A stretch of DNA of 64,000 bases from an uncultured delta proteobacterium (GTDB lineage Bacteria > Desulfobacterota > Desulfobaccia > Desulfobaccales > 0-14-0-80-60-11). The translations under genes were made by a program, and so were the position numbers. Within the stretch, counting starts at the first letter, position 1. Each line of letters opens with the position of its first letter. The DNA is taken from NCBI GenBank assembly GCA_963812015.1, contig CAWETI010000002.1:1248001-1312000 (forward strand). Reading direction: 5' to 3'. Of the stretch, positions 19,201 to 29,441 are shown piece by piece. A model generated the notes under the pieces. The model ran no database searches, was not told the DNA's origin, and saw nothing but the letters and a program-made list of their open reading frames with translations.

Positions 19201-19490
19201 CCGGCGCCTGGCCGAGGGGGTTCGGGGCTGAAGCCTCAGGGCTTCGGCCCTGGACCGTTCTTTGCGGCCTTCGGCTCCCTGAGGCCGGAAGCGGACATCC
19301 GGCCGATGGCGCCGCAAATCGTGAAGGGGCAAATCCTCCGAGCTAGGCGGATTGAGCGCCTGGAAGGACGGGTGCACGGGTGACCGTTCAGGACCTCAAC
19401 CCGGGTGGGGAACCGGATGGTGGGCCTTGGGGATGAGAAAGCTCGTCCAGATGAACAAACTTACAGCACCTTATAAGGAGTGAGTGGAAC

Positions 19491-20309
19491 ATGGGTCGTT
19501 TTCCTGGCTGGGCATGGCTGCTTTTGGCCGTCGGGTTCGCAGTGATGGCTTCTTTCATGGCCCTGGGATGGCTAAAACAACAGGCGGCCATCCAACCTCC
19601 GATCAAGGAGATATCCACTCTCGTGGTGGTGGCTAACACCAAGGTAGGCCCGGCCAGCCTCCTGGACGCGGCGCAGCTCAAAACGGATGTCTGGCACCAG
19701 GCCGAGGCCCCCCCAGGCTCCTTTGGCAACCCGGAACAGGTGGTGGGGCGGGTAACGGCAACGTCGTTACTGCCAGGCGACCTCATCACAGAAAACAAAC
19801 TGGCGCCCAAAGGGACCATTCCGGGGATCACCGCGCTTCTGAGCCCCCAACGACGGGCTATGACCGTGAAGGTGGACGAAGCCTCCGGGGTGGCTGGCTT
19901 CCTGGCCCCCGGAGACCGGGTGGACGTGGTGGTGATCGTGGATAAAGGAGATTATTACAAAGACCCGATCTCCAAAGTCCTCTTCCAGAATTTGAAAGTT
20001 TTGGGCACCGGTCAAAAGATGGAAAATCGCCCGGGAGACAAGCCCCTGGTGGTGCCCACGGTGACGTTGGAAGTAACCCCGGAAGAAGGAGAACGTCTAG
20101 CCCTATCCGCCCAGGAAGGCCGCATTTCACTGGTGCTGCGTGGCCAGGGTGACCAACAACTGCTGGACACCCCGGGGGTGAATGCCATCCGGTTATTTGG
20201 GAGACCGGGGAAGGCAAACCTTGAGCCTCCGGTCGTGGCCCCTTCGCCTCCGCCACGGCGGATGGTGGAGGTTATCCGGGGCATAGAACGGGAACCGGTA
20301 AACTTCTGA
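19491..20309 (+). CDS. cpaB: Flp pilus assembly protein CpaB/RcpC
   Basis: TM anchor, SAF domain, RAMTVKVDEASGVAGFLAPGDRVDV, TVTLEVTPE. Confidence 0.93.
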   Translation: MGRFPGWAWLLLAVGFAVMASFMALGWLKQQAAIQPPIKEISTLVVVANTKVGPASLLDAAQLKTDVWHQAEAPPGSFGNPEQVVGRVTATSLLPGDLITENKLAPKGTIPGITALLSPQRRAMTVKVDEASGVAGFLAPGDRVDVVVIVDKGDYYKDPISKVLFQNLKVLGTGQKMENRPGDKPLVVPTVTLEVTPEEGERLALSAQEGRISLVLRGQGDQQLLDTPGVNAIRLFGRPGKANLEPPVVAPSPPPRRMVEVIRGIEREPVNF

Positions 20310-20353
20310 CGGTTAAGCACATAAACCCTTCAGGGTTGGGATAGAAAACCGCG

Positions 20354-21544
20354 ATGTCCGCTCATTTCAGCATCTATTATGAGTCCCCGGAAAACAAGGA
20401 ATACCTTCGACAGATTATCGAAGCCTCCGGTGCCGGGGAGTTGGTGGAAGCTAAGGATCTGGCCCACCTGCCCACCAAGACCCCACATGGCACCGATCTG
20501 GTCCTTTTGGAATATCAGGAAAACCATCCTGCATTGGACCACTGGATCGAAACCATTGCGGCCAATCCCCACAGCCCCCCCATCTTTCTTTATTTTAAGG
20601 AAATCTCCACCAACAAGTTATGGAAAGCGCTTCGTCTGGGAGCCAAGGAATGCTTCACTTTCCCGATCCAGGCGGAAGACTTTCAACGAGCGGTCAAGCG
20701 CAGCATGGCTCAGACCAAGGTCAAGAAAGATCTGGGTAAGGCCACCCAAATCATCTCTTTTCTGGGGTGTAAAGGCGGAGTAGGGACGACTTTTCTCCTG
20801 GCCAATCTTGCCATCGTTCTGGCTCAGGAGCACCGGGGGAAGGTTCTGGTGGTGGACCTGGATCTGGGATTTGGCCAGCTCAATTATTTTTTCAATATCC
20901 ATCCGGAACACACCATGACCGAGGTGGTGGAAAATCTGGAACGGTTGGATAAAAATTATTTGCAAAACGTGCTTTCCCCCATCGGGGATAATGCTTACCT
21001 GCTATCGGCCCCGGCCCGCCTGGAAGAAGCCGAGATATTTCACGCCGGCCACCTGGAGACGATTATCCTTTACCTCAAGGAAAACCTGGGACTTAGCTGG
21101 ATCCTGATAGACTGCGGCCATTCCTTTGAGGAAATCACCCTGAAAGCCCTGGAACTGTCAGATATCTTGGTGCTGGTGGCGGCGCAATCCATCCCGGCCC
21201 TGTCCAACGCCAAAAAGATGCTGGAAATCCTCAATCTCCTGGAATTGCAAGGGCTCGAAGTCGAGGTCCTGGTAAATTTTTGGGACCGACAAAATGCATT
21301 GACCCAGACCGACGTGGAAGGCTTTTTGGGGAAGACCATCGGGGGTACCATAACCTGTGATTATAAGCAGGTATCCTTGAGCATCAATGAAGGCAAACCC
21401 CTGGTGGAAGGCGCCCCCCGACATCCCATATCCGGGGACCTGAAAGTGATCGCCAAAATTTTCAGCAAGGACGACAAGCCGGAGGAAACCAACGGCTCCC
21501 GGAGGACGTGGCTTCAGAGTTTCTGGAGAAGGAAAAAACCATGA
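20354..21544 (+). CDS. cpaE: CpaE/TadZ (receiver-like plus MinD-like ATPase)
   Basis: [24 protein letters not shown] and DLDLGFG motifs; tad context. Confidence 0.88.
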   Translation: MSAHFSIYYESPENKEYLRQIIEASGAGELVEAKDLAHLPTKTPHGTDLVLLEYQENHPALDHWIETIAANPHSPPIFLYFKEISTNKLWKALRLGAKECFTFPIQAEDFQRAVKRSMAQTKVKKDLGKATQIISFLGCKGGVGTTFLLANLAIVLAQEHRGKVLVVDLDLGFGQLNYFFNIHPEHTMTEVVENLERLDKNYLQNVLSPIGDNAYLLSAPARLEEAEIFHAGHLETIILYLKENLGLSWILIDCGHSFEEITLKALELSDILVLVAAQSIPALSNAKKMLEILNLLELQGLEVEVLVNFWDRQNALTQTDVEGFLGKTIGGTITCDYKQVSLSINEGKPLVEGAPRHPISGDLKVIAKIFSKDDKPEETNGSRRTWLQSFWRRKKP

Positions 21545-22911
21545 GCCTCCTGGACCGAATCCGCCAACGGCAATTAGCAGAGCAAGCGGCCCAACCCCCG
21601 ACCTTTGGCCAAGACCAGAAGAAAGAGGGGGATGGTCATAAGAAAGACGACGTCTTCAACGAATTAAAGACAAAGATACACCTGAAGCTCCTGGGCTTGC
21701 TGGACCTTACCCGCCTGGAGGAAGCCTCAGAGAGTGCCCTCCAAGAGGACTTGCGCCGGGGGGTTGAGATGATTCTGACGGAAGAGAAGATACCGCTCCC
21801 CGCGCCTGAAAAGGACAGGCTCTGTCGGGAAATCAGGAATGAACTCTTGGGGTACGGGCCTCTGGAAACACTCCTGGCGGATCCCAGCATCAACGATATT
21901 CTGGTGAATAGGTACGACCGGGTATTCCTGGAGCGTCGCGGCAAGCTGGAACCCTCGATCATCCGGTTTACCGACAACGCCCACTTACTCAAAATCATTG
22001 AAAAGATCGCTTCCGGGGTGGGACGGCGCATCGATGAGTCCAGTCCCATGGTAGATGCCCGACTGCCGGATGGGTCCCGAGTCAATGCCATTATTCCTCC
22101 CTTGGCCCTGGATGGGCCGGCCCTCTCCATCCGCAAGTTTGCCCGGGACCCCATAAAAGTGGAGGACTTAATCAATTTTGAAGCCATCACCTCGGACATG
22201 GCCGAGGTTTTCCACGGTATGGTTGAGGCCCGTCTTAATATCCTGATCTCCGGCGGCACCGGTACCGGGAAAACCACTTTCCTGAATGTTTTGTCGGGTT
22301 TTATCCCCAACGATGAACGCATCATCACCATTGAAGATTCCGCCGAACTCCAGTTGCAGCAGGACCATGTGGTTCGACTGGAAACTCGCCCCCCTAACCT
22401 GGAGGGTCAAGGGGAGGTCACTCAGCGTGACCTGGTGAGGAATGCCTTGCGCATGCGGCCCGACCGCATCATCTTGGGGGAGGTGCGAAGCGGTGAAGCC
22501 CTGGACATGCTCCAGGCTATGAACACCGGGCACGACGGCTCCCTGGCCACCATTCACGCCAACTCCCCGCGGGATGCCCTCACTCGCTTGGAAACCATGG
22601 TCTCCATGGCGGGCCTTAGTATCCCCGATCGGGCCATCAGGCACCAGATTGCCTCCGCCATCAATGTCGTACTCCAATTGGCCCGGTTGAGTGACGGCAG
22701 TCGCAAGATGATGAATCTGTATGAGATCGTCGGTATGGAAGGTGACATGATCACCATGCAGGAGATCTTTGCTTTCAATATGATGGGGCTCACCGAGGAT
22801 AAGAAAGTCAAAGGCGCCTTTATGGCCACCGGCATCCGCCCCAAATTTATGAAACGCCTGGAAGCCATGGGCCTCAAACTCCCCAGCAGTCTCTTCCAGG
22901 AACATCTTTAA
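21541..22911 (+). CDS. cpaF: Tad secretion ATPase CpaF/TadA
   Basis: [33 protein letters not shown] and AMNTGHDGS motifs. Confidence 0.96.
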   Translation: MSLLDRIRQRQLAEQAAQPPTFGQDQKKEGDGHKKDDVFNELKTKIHLKLLGLLDLTRLEEASESALQEDLRRGVEMILTEEKIPLPAPEKDRLCREIRNELLGYGPLETLLADPSINDILVNRYDRVFLERRGKLEPSIIRFTDNAHLLKIIEKIASGVGRRIDESSPMVDARLPDGSRVNAIIPPLALDGPALSIRKFARDPIKVEDLINFEAITSDMAEVFHGMVEARLNILISGGTGTGKTTFLNVLSGFIPNDERIITIEDSAELQLQQDHVVRLETRPPNLEGQGEVTQRDLVRNALRMRPDRIILGEVRSGEALDMLQAMNTGHDGSLATIHANSPRDALTRLETMVSMAGLSIPDRAIRHQIASAINVVLQLARLSDGSRKMMNLYEIVGMEGDMITMQEIFAFNMMGLTEDKKVKGAFMATGIRPKFMKRLEAMGLKLPSSLFQEHL

Positions 22912-23008
22912 GTCGATGATGGCGGCAGATGCCACTGAAACCATACTCCTGAACCTGGTGTCGGTCCTATCCAGGACCCCAGAGCCGGTGCCCGCCAGGG
23001 AGGCATTG

Positions 23009-24001
23009 ATGGTCAGTGAACTGTTTCACTCCAAGGATTTTCCCCTCCTGATCCTGGCCTTTTTGATTTTTCTCAGCTTTTTCTTCCTCATGAGAGGCAT
23101 CCTTTTGTTCCTGACTGACCCGGAGCGGGGTCACCAGCGACACTTAAAAAAGAGGCTTGAAGTGATGGGGAGGCTGGAGTCGTCCCTCAACGTCAGCACT
23201 CTCCTCAAAAAGGCAAACCTGCAAAAAACCTTTCTCGATCGGAATCTGGATAAATTCCGCTTTGTTAACCACATCCAGATCCTGATGTTCCAGGCGGATC
23301 TCAACTGGAAAATGGGGACCTTCCTGTCCGTCGTTTTACTGTCCGGCCTGGTGGGGTTGGGGGTGGGCCTGGGAAAGTGGGGTGCCTGGGGGGCCCTGGT
23401 CGGTGGGGGGCTGGGTGTACTCCTCCCCTATAAGGTGCTGGTCTACAAAAGAAAGCGGCGGCTCAATAAGTTCGAAAAACAACTGCCGGAGGCCCTGGAC
23501 CTACTGGCCCGGGGTCTGAGGGCCGGCCACACTTTTTCTGCAGGGTTACAGCAAATTGCCAAAGAGATGCCCGATCCCTTGGGAACGGAGTTTGCCAAAA
23601 CCTTCAAGGAATTTTCCCATGGTATGGAGCTGAATAGCGCCCTGATCAGCCTCAGGCAGCGCATCACGCTGCGGGATTTGAGCTTTTTTACGACTGCGGT
23701 TTTGATTCAGCGGGAAACCGGAGGCAACCTTACGGAAATTCTGGAGAAGATCGCTGTCTTGATTCGGGAACGCTTCAAGTTGCGCAGTCAGGTCAGAGCC
23801 TTGACTGCGGAAGGCCGGCTGTCAGGGCTTATCCTGGTCCTGATGCCGCCGTTTCTGGCTGCCATGCTGATGGTCATGAACCCGGCCTACGAATCACAAC
23901 TGTTCCGGCATCCTTTGGGTCGGATCATGTGCGGGGCGGGTTTGGGATTTCAACTCTTGGGCATGCTGGTCATTCGCAAGATTGTCAACGTTAAGGTGTG
24001 A
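23009..24001 (+). CDS. tadB: TadB
   Basis: QLPEALDLLARGLRAGH, IQRETGGNL and LTAEGRLS motifs. Confidence 0.93.
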   Translation: MVSELFHSKDFPLLILAFLIFLSFFFLMRGILLFLTDPERGHQRHLKKRLEVMGRLESSLNVSTLLKKANLQKTFLDRNLDKFRFVNHIQILMFQADLNWKMGTFLSVVLLSGLVGLGVGLGKWGAWGALVGGGLGVLLPYKVLVYKRKRRLNKFEKQLPEALDLLARGLRAGHTFSAGLQQIAKEMPDPLGTEFAKTFKEFSHGMELNSALISLRQRITLRDLSFFTTAVLIQRETGGNLTEILEKIAVLIRERFKLRSQVRALTAEGRLSGLILVLMPPFLAAMLMVMNPAYESQLFRHPLGRIMCGAGLGFQLLGMLVIRKIVNVKV

Positions 24002-24002
24002 C

Positions 24003-24932
24003 ATGCTCATCTTACAGGCCCTTTTTTTTGGACTGTTAATCGGCGGTATAATCATCTTTCTGGGATTATTTCTGCAACAACGCCACTCATCAGTGCGTCA
24101 GCGGCTCCAGACCAGTCCGCGCCTAAAAAGCGATTTACTCCGGCCCCAAATGGTGGACAAACCTTCCTTTTTAAGCATCGACCTGGCCGAAAAGCTTGCG
24201 AAGAGACTGGATCTGAAAAGAGGTGGCGCCAGGACCACAGACCTCCAAAAAAAACTGATCATGGCCGGAATTTACAGTGAACGGGCTATTCCCCTCTTTT
24301 TAGGGGGCAGGCTAGGTATGCTGCTGGTCCTCCCGGTTTTGGTCTTATTTTTATTGTGGGGGCAAACCACCCAGCGCGGCCTGTTGATGGGGATTCCCCT
24401 CGGCCTTTGCCTTTTGGGATATATTCTCCCGAGTTTCATTCTTGACAAGCTGATAAAGGCCCGCCAGCGAAAAATCCGGGAGGCGCTCCCCGATGCCCTG
24501 GACCTGCTGGTGGTTTGTTTGGAAGCCGGACAGGGGTTGAACGCCGCCATCAAGCGGGTGGCGGATGATCTGATGGAAAGCAGTCCCATTATCTCCCGGG
24601 AGCTGCTTTTAGTTAATCTGGAGATCATGGCCGGGCTGGAACGGGAACAGGCCTTGAAGAATCTGGGGGCCCGGACCGGGGTGGATGAGTTGATCTCCTT
24701 ATGCAATACTCTCATCCAGAGCGACCGTTTCGGGACCAGTCTCGCTCAGGCTCTCAAAACCCAATCGGATTTTATGCGCACCATGCGGCGTCAGAAACTG
24801 GAGGAATTGGCCGCCAAAACCGCGGTCAAGCTCGTCTTCCCGCTGCTGCTCTTTATTTTCCCGGCCATTATAGTAGTCCTGTTGGGTCCGGCCTTCATCC
24901 GCTTCTCAGAATTTTTCGGCCGAGGCGGGTGA
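24003..24932 (+). CDS. tadC: TadC
   Basis: LPDALDLLVVCLEAG, QSDRFGTS and KLVFPLLLFIFPA motifs. Confidence 0.93.
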   Translation: MLILQALFFGLLIGGIIIFLGLFLQQRHSSVRQRLQTSPRLKSDLLRPQMVDKPSFLSIDLAEKLAKRLDLKRGGARTTDLQKKLIMAGIYSERAIPLFLGGRLGMLLVLPVLVLFLLWGQTTQRGLLMGIPLGLCLLGYILPSFILDKLIKARQRKIREALPDALDLLVVCLEAGQGLNAAIKRVADDLMESSPIISRELLLVNLEIMAGLEREQALKNLGARTGVDELISLCNTLIQSDRFGTSLAQALKTQSDFMRTMRRQKLEELAAKTAVKLVFPLLLFIFPAIIVVLLGPAFIRFSEFFGRGG

Positions 24933-25037
24933 CCCTTGGCATACGACGGTCAGGGCGGGGGAAGCTATAAGCCGTGCAGGCCGGGAAAGGGGGAGGGTTC
25001 TTCAGGTTAGGCAAAATCTCCCTCCCCCCTTTGGGCG

Positions 25038-26051
<1,014 letters not shown>

Positions 26052-26101
26052 TTATTAACCCGTTTACGTTCATCCTGCAACGAAATTCTCTCGGTCTGAG
26101 A

Positions 26102-26130
26102 TTGACAGTAGGTGACCTCGCCCCTATAAT
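26102..26130 (+). promoter_or_regulatory. Perfect sigma70 promoter for menA
   Basis: TTGACA (26102-26107)-17 bp-TATAAT (26125-26130). Confidence 0.8.
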
Positions 26131-26143
26131 CCCTTACTGGGTA

Positions 26144-27058
26144 ATGCTTATGGGGATTTTTGTCTACCTGCGGGCCCTGCGGCTCCCTTTTCTCACCGGC
26201 TCCCTCTTCCCGGTGGCTGCGGCCACGGCCCTGGCCTATCTCACGGAGCACACCTGGAACTGCCTCTTTTTCGGGCTCACCCTTCTGGGAGTGGCCGCCC
26301 TGCACATGGGAGCCAACCTGATAAACGATTACTATGACGCCTTTGGCAGCGACCCTTTGAACCGCAATTTCACCCCGTTTAGCGGCGGCAGCCGGGTGAT
26401 CCAGAACCAGCAACTGAGCCCGGGGTGCGTCAGGACCACGGCCTACCTGATGTTGGGCCTGGGAGTGGCATGCGGCCTCAGCTTGATTTATCTGGGGCGT
26501 CCCTGGGTGGCCATGGTGGGCCTGCTGGGTTTGGGCGCGGCGTTTTTCTATTCCGCCTCGCCGGTGCAGCTCATGAGCGGTGGCCTGGGGGAGTGCATGA
26601 TCTTCCTGGCCTTCGGGCCGCTGTTGAGCTGGGGGGCCTATTACGTCCAGACGGGGAAACTCAGCTGGCTGGGCGCCATGGTGAGCCTGCCCCTGGCCTT
26701 TCTCATCACCGCCATCATCTGGATCAACGAGTTTCCCGACCTGGAGGCGGATATGGCCGCGGACAAGCAACACCTGGTGGCCCGCCTGGGACTAAAAGTC
26801 TCCCGCTGGGTCTATGCCGGCTTGATGCTGGCCCCCTTTGTCAGCCTCTTTGTCCTCATGGAAATTTTTCACCTGCCCGATCTCATCATGGCGGGCCTGG
26901 CGCCATTGCCCCTGGCGGTGCGGGCCGTGGGCCTCATCTTCCGCACCCCGCCCACGGACCCGGAGTTTGTCCCCATCCAGGCCCTTACCATCCAGACCCA
27001 CTTCTTCACGGGTCTGACCCTCACCCTGGCCCTGCTCTACGCGGCCTGGTGGCGGTGA
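26144..27058 (+). CDS. menA: 1,4-dihydroxy-2-naphthoate prenyltransferase (UbiA/MenA family)
   Basis: NLINDYYD, FSGGS and NEFPDLEAD motifs; multi-TM. Confidence 0.85.
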   Translation: MLMGIFVYLRALRLPFLTGSLFPVAAATALAYLTEHTWNCLFFGLTLLGVAALHMGANLINDYYDAFGSDPLNRNFTPFSGGSRVIQNQQLSPGCVRTTAYLMLGLGVACGLSLIYLGRPWVAMVGLLGLGAAFFYSASPVQLMSGGLGECMIFLAFGPLLSWGAYYVQTGKLSWLGAMVSLPLAFLITAIIWINEFPDLEADMAADKQHLVARLGLKVSRWVYAGLMLAPFVSLFVLMEIFHLPDLIMAGLAPLPLAVRAVGLIFRTPPTDPEFVPIQALTIQTHFFTGLTLTLALLYAAWWR

Positions 27059-27227
27059 GTGGGGTGAGAGATGCTTTTTCAGGGGGGGGGCTAGGGGCCG
27101 ACGGCCACTTACAATACCTCCCTGAAACCCTCCCCCAACCCCCATAAAGGTGTTGGGAGAGGATTTTTATCTCGCCCCCAAGCTCCTGCCTGGGAACCAT
27201 ATCTTCAATTGAACTGAGGAAAAAAAT

Positions 27228-28232
27228 ATGCAAGGCCAAATGCCCCCACCGGTTTTAATCGAAGTTACCCGGGGCCCCCGGGTAGAGAGTTGCCACCGGG
27301 GCCACATCGTGGTGATGGACGCGGCCGGCAACCTGCGTCATCACCTGGGTGATGCCGAGGCCTGGGTGTGTATGCGCTCCCTGGCCAAGCCCTTTCAGGC
27401 CTTGGCGGTCCTCATCAGCGGCGCGGCCGCGGCCTTCGGGTTCGGAGCGGAGGAGTTGGCCCTGTTTTCCGGGTCCCTTTCCGGCCAGGACTTCCAGGTG
27501 GAATTGGCCACCCAAATCCTGGCGCGGTTGGGTCTGACGCCGGACGCCCTGCAATGCGGGACTCATCCCCCTCTGCACCGCGCCACGGCCCAGGCCCTGG
27601 CGAAGGCCGGCTTGAAATCCACGCCCCTGCACAACACCTGCACCGGCAAACATACGGCCATGCTGGCCCTGTGCGTCCACCAGGGCTGGCCCATCACGGA
27701 CTACTTGAATCCGGCCCACCCGGTGCAGGAACTGATTTTGGGCACCGTGGCCCGGATGGTGGGATGCCCGAAGGCGCAAATCCAGGTGGCCATCGACGGC
27801 TGCGGCGCGCCGGTCTTCTATGTGCCTTTGAAAAACATCGCCCTGGGATATGCCCGCCTGGGGGGGGCCAAACCGGAGTCGCCCGCGGGCATACTCATGG
27901 CCGCTATATTGAGCCACCCCCGCCACATCGCCGGGGACGGCCGCCTGGAGACCACGGCCATGGAGGCCTTGCCGGGTCGGCTCTTCGCCAAATCCGGTTC
28001 CGAAGGGGGTTACGGCCTGAGCCTGATCGACGGCGGCCTGGGGGTGGCCTTCAAGATCGAAGACGGCGCCATCCGGGCCCTTAACCCCACCGTGGTGGCC
28101 ATCCTGGAGCAACTGGCGATGCTCACCCCGGCGGCTAAAGAAGCCCTGGCGGCCTTTAAGCAGCCGCCCATCCTCAACCATCGCAAGGAAGAGGTGGGCC
28201 GGATCAGACCGGCCTTTTCCCTTACCCAGTAA
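27228..28232 (+). CDS. Asparaginase II family (Rhizobium AnsA-type)
   Basis: VTRGPRVESCHRG, RSLAKPFQ, HNTCTGKH, DGCGAP, KSGSEG and KIEDG motifs. Confidence 0.85.
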   Translation: MQGQMPPPVLIEVTRGPRVESCHRGHIVVMDAAGNLRHHLGDAEAWVCMRSLAKPFQALAVLISGAAAAFGFGAEELALFSGSLSGQDFQVELATQILARLGLTPDALQCGTHPPLHRATAQALAKAGLKSTPLHNTCTGKHTAMLALCVHQGWPITDYLNPAHPVQELILGTVARMVGCPKAQIQVAIDGCGAPVFYVPLKNIALGYARLGGAKPESPAGILMAAILSHPRHIAGDGRLETTAMEALPGRLFAKSGSEGGYGLSLIDGGLGVAFKIEDGAIRALNPTVVAILEQLAMLTPAAKEALAAFKQPPILNHRKEEVGRIRPAFSLTQ

Positions 28233-28512
28233 TGGGGGAGAGCCGTGACCCGGCGCTTGCCTGGTGCGATTTATCCCAGCCAAGATGATTCTCTCCTGGC
28301 TGACCCGTTAGCATCAATGATGCAGCTCAGTTCCGGTCGCGTTCGGTTCCGGGAGCCCGGATTTTTCATCGCATCAATTTACCGGCCGCCCTGGCAGATC
28401 GGCCCCCTTTCGCTCCCCGAAGCTCATAAAAGCCCTTGAATCTCTCCCCAATCATGCTATATTCCAACGATATGGGCAGCCATGCATCATTTCTCACTCG
28501 GGTTGGGTCATC

Positions 28513-29028
28513 ATGAAAGTGTTGTGGGCCCCGTGGCGCATGGATTACATCCTGGGCGAGGATAAGCCCCCGGGCTGCATCTTCTGCCCTGAACCCGGGG
28601 AAAGCTTGCCGGAGAGGTTGGTGTTGTTCAGCGGCAGCCTCACCCGGATCATGATGAACAAGTATCCCTATATCAACGGCCACCTGCTAGTCTCCCCCAT
28701 CCGCCACATTCCCGGGCTGGACGACCTGACCCCGGCGGAGATGCTGGATCTTCTGACCAAGGTCCGGGAGTCCATCGCCGTCTTGAAGCGGGTCATGTCC
28801 CCCGACGGCTTCAACGTGGGCCTCAACCTGGGGATAGTCGCCGGGGCCGGGGTGGAAAGCCACCTCCATTTTCATATCGTCCCCCGATGGAACGGCGACA
28901 CCAACTTCATCCCGGTGTTTGCCGAGGTCCGGGTGATTCCGGAACACTTCCGTCAGACTTATGAACGCCTGGCGCCCCACTTCCAGGCCCTGCCAGATGA
29001 GGATAAGACATGCGTTTCGTTAAAGTAA
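28513..29028 (+). CDS. HIT family hydrolase (Ap4A phosphorylase-like)
   Basis: LWAPWR, CIFC, NKYPY and HLHFHIVPRW motifs. Confidence 0.92.
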   Translation: MKVLWAPWRMDYILGEDKPPGCIFCPEPGESLPERLVLFSGSLTRIMMNKYPYINGHLLVSPIRHIPGLDDLTPAEMLDLLTKVRESIAVLKRVMSPDGFNVGLNLGIVAGAGVESHLHFHIVPRWNGDTNFIPVFAEVRVIPEHFRQTYERLAPHFQALPDEDKTCVSLK

Positions 29029-29360
29029 TCATCTCCACCGTAATCGTCCTCCTGGGTATCGTCTTCATCATCGAAAACCTGGAGGTCCTGAAGCATCCGG
29101 TGAGCCTCAAGCTGGACCTTTATGTCGCCACCTTCCAGAGCCCCGACATCCACCTCTGGGTCCTCATATTGTTCACCTTTTTTCTGGGGGTCTTCACCAC
29201 CTCCCTGTACGGCCTCTACGAGCTCTATAAACAGCGCCAGACCATCCGCCAGCTCCGGCACAATCTGGAAATTTTGGCCAAGGAACTGAAACAGGCCAGC
29301 GCCACCGCCCAGGTTTCGGTGGCGGCCCCCGAAGCCCAGATTGTCCCCCCGTCTGAATAA
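29010..29360 (+). CDS. LapA family membrane protein
   Basis: Two TM segments, FIIEN motif, coiled-coil tail. Confidence 0.7.
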   Translation: MRFVKVIISTVIVLLGIVFIIENLEVLKHPVSLKLDLYVATFQSPDIHLWVLILFTFFLGVFTTSLYGLYELYKQRQTIRQLRHNLEILAKELKQASATAQVSVAAPEAQIVPPSE

Positions 29361-29441
29361 TCCGGGGGCGCTCCAGTTTCCTGGGAGGGCATTGGAACCC
29401 TGTGGTTTCGTCGGCCCTCCTCTCAAAGTTTAGTTGTCGCC

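Noticed and set aside
19322..19370. Possible second GEMM riboswitch (GGGCAAATCCTCC…)
   Set aside because: Lacks the GNRA tetraloop and the GACGCAAAG segment.
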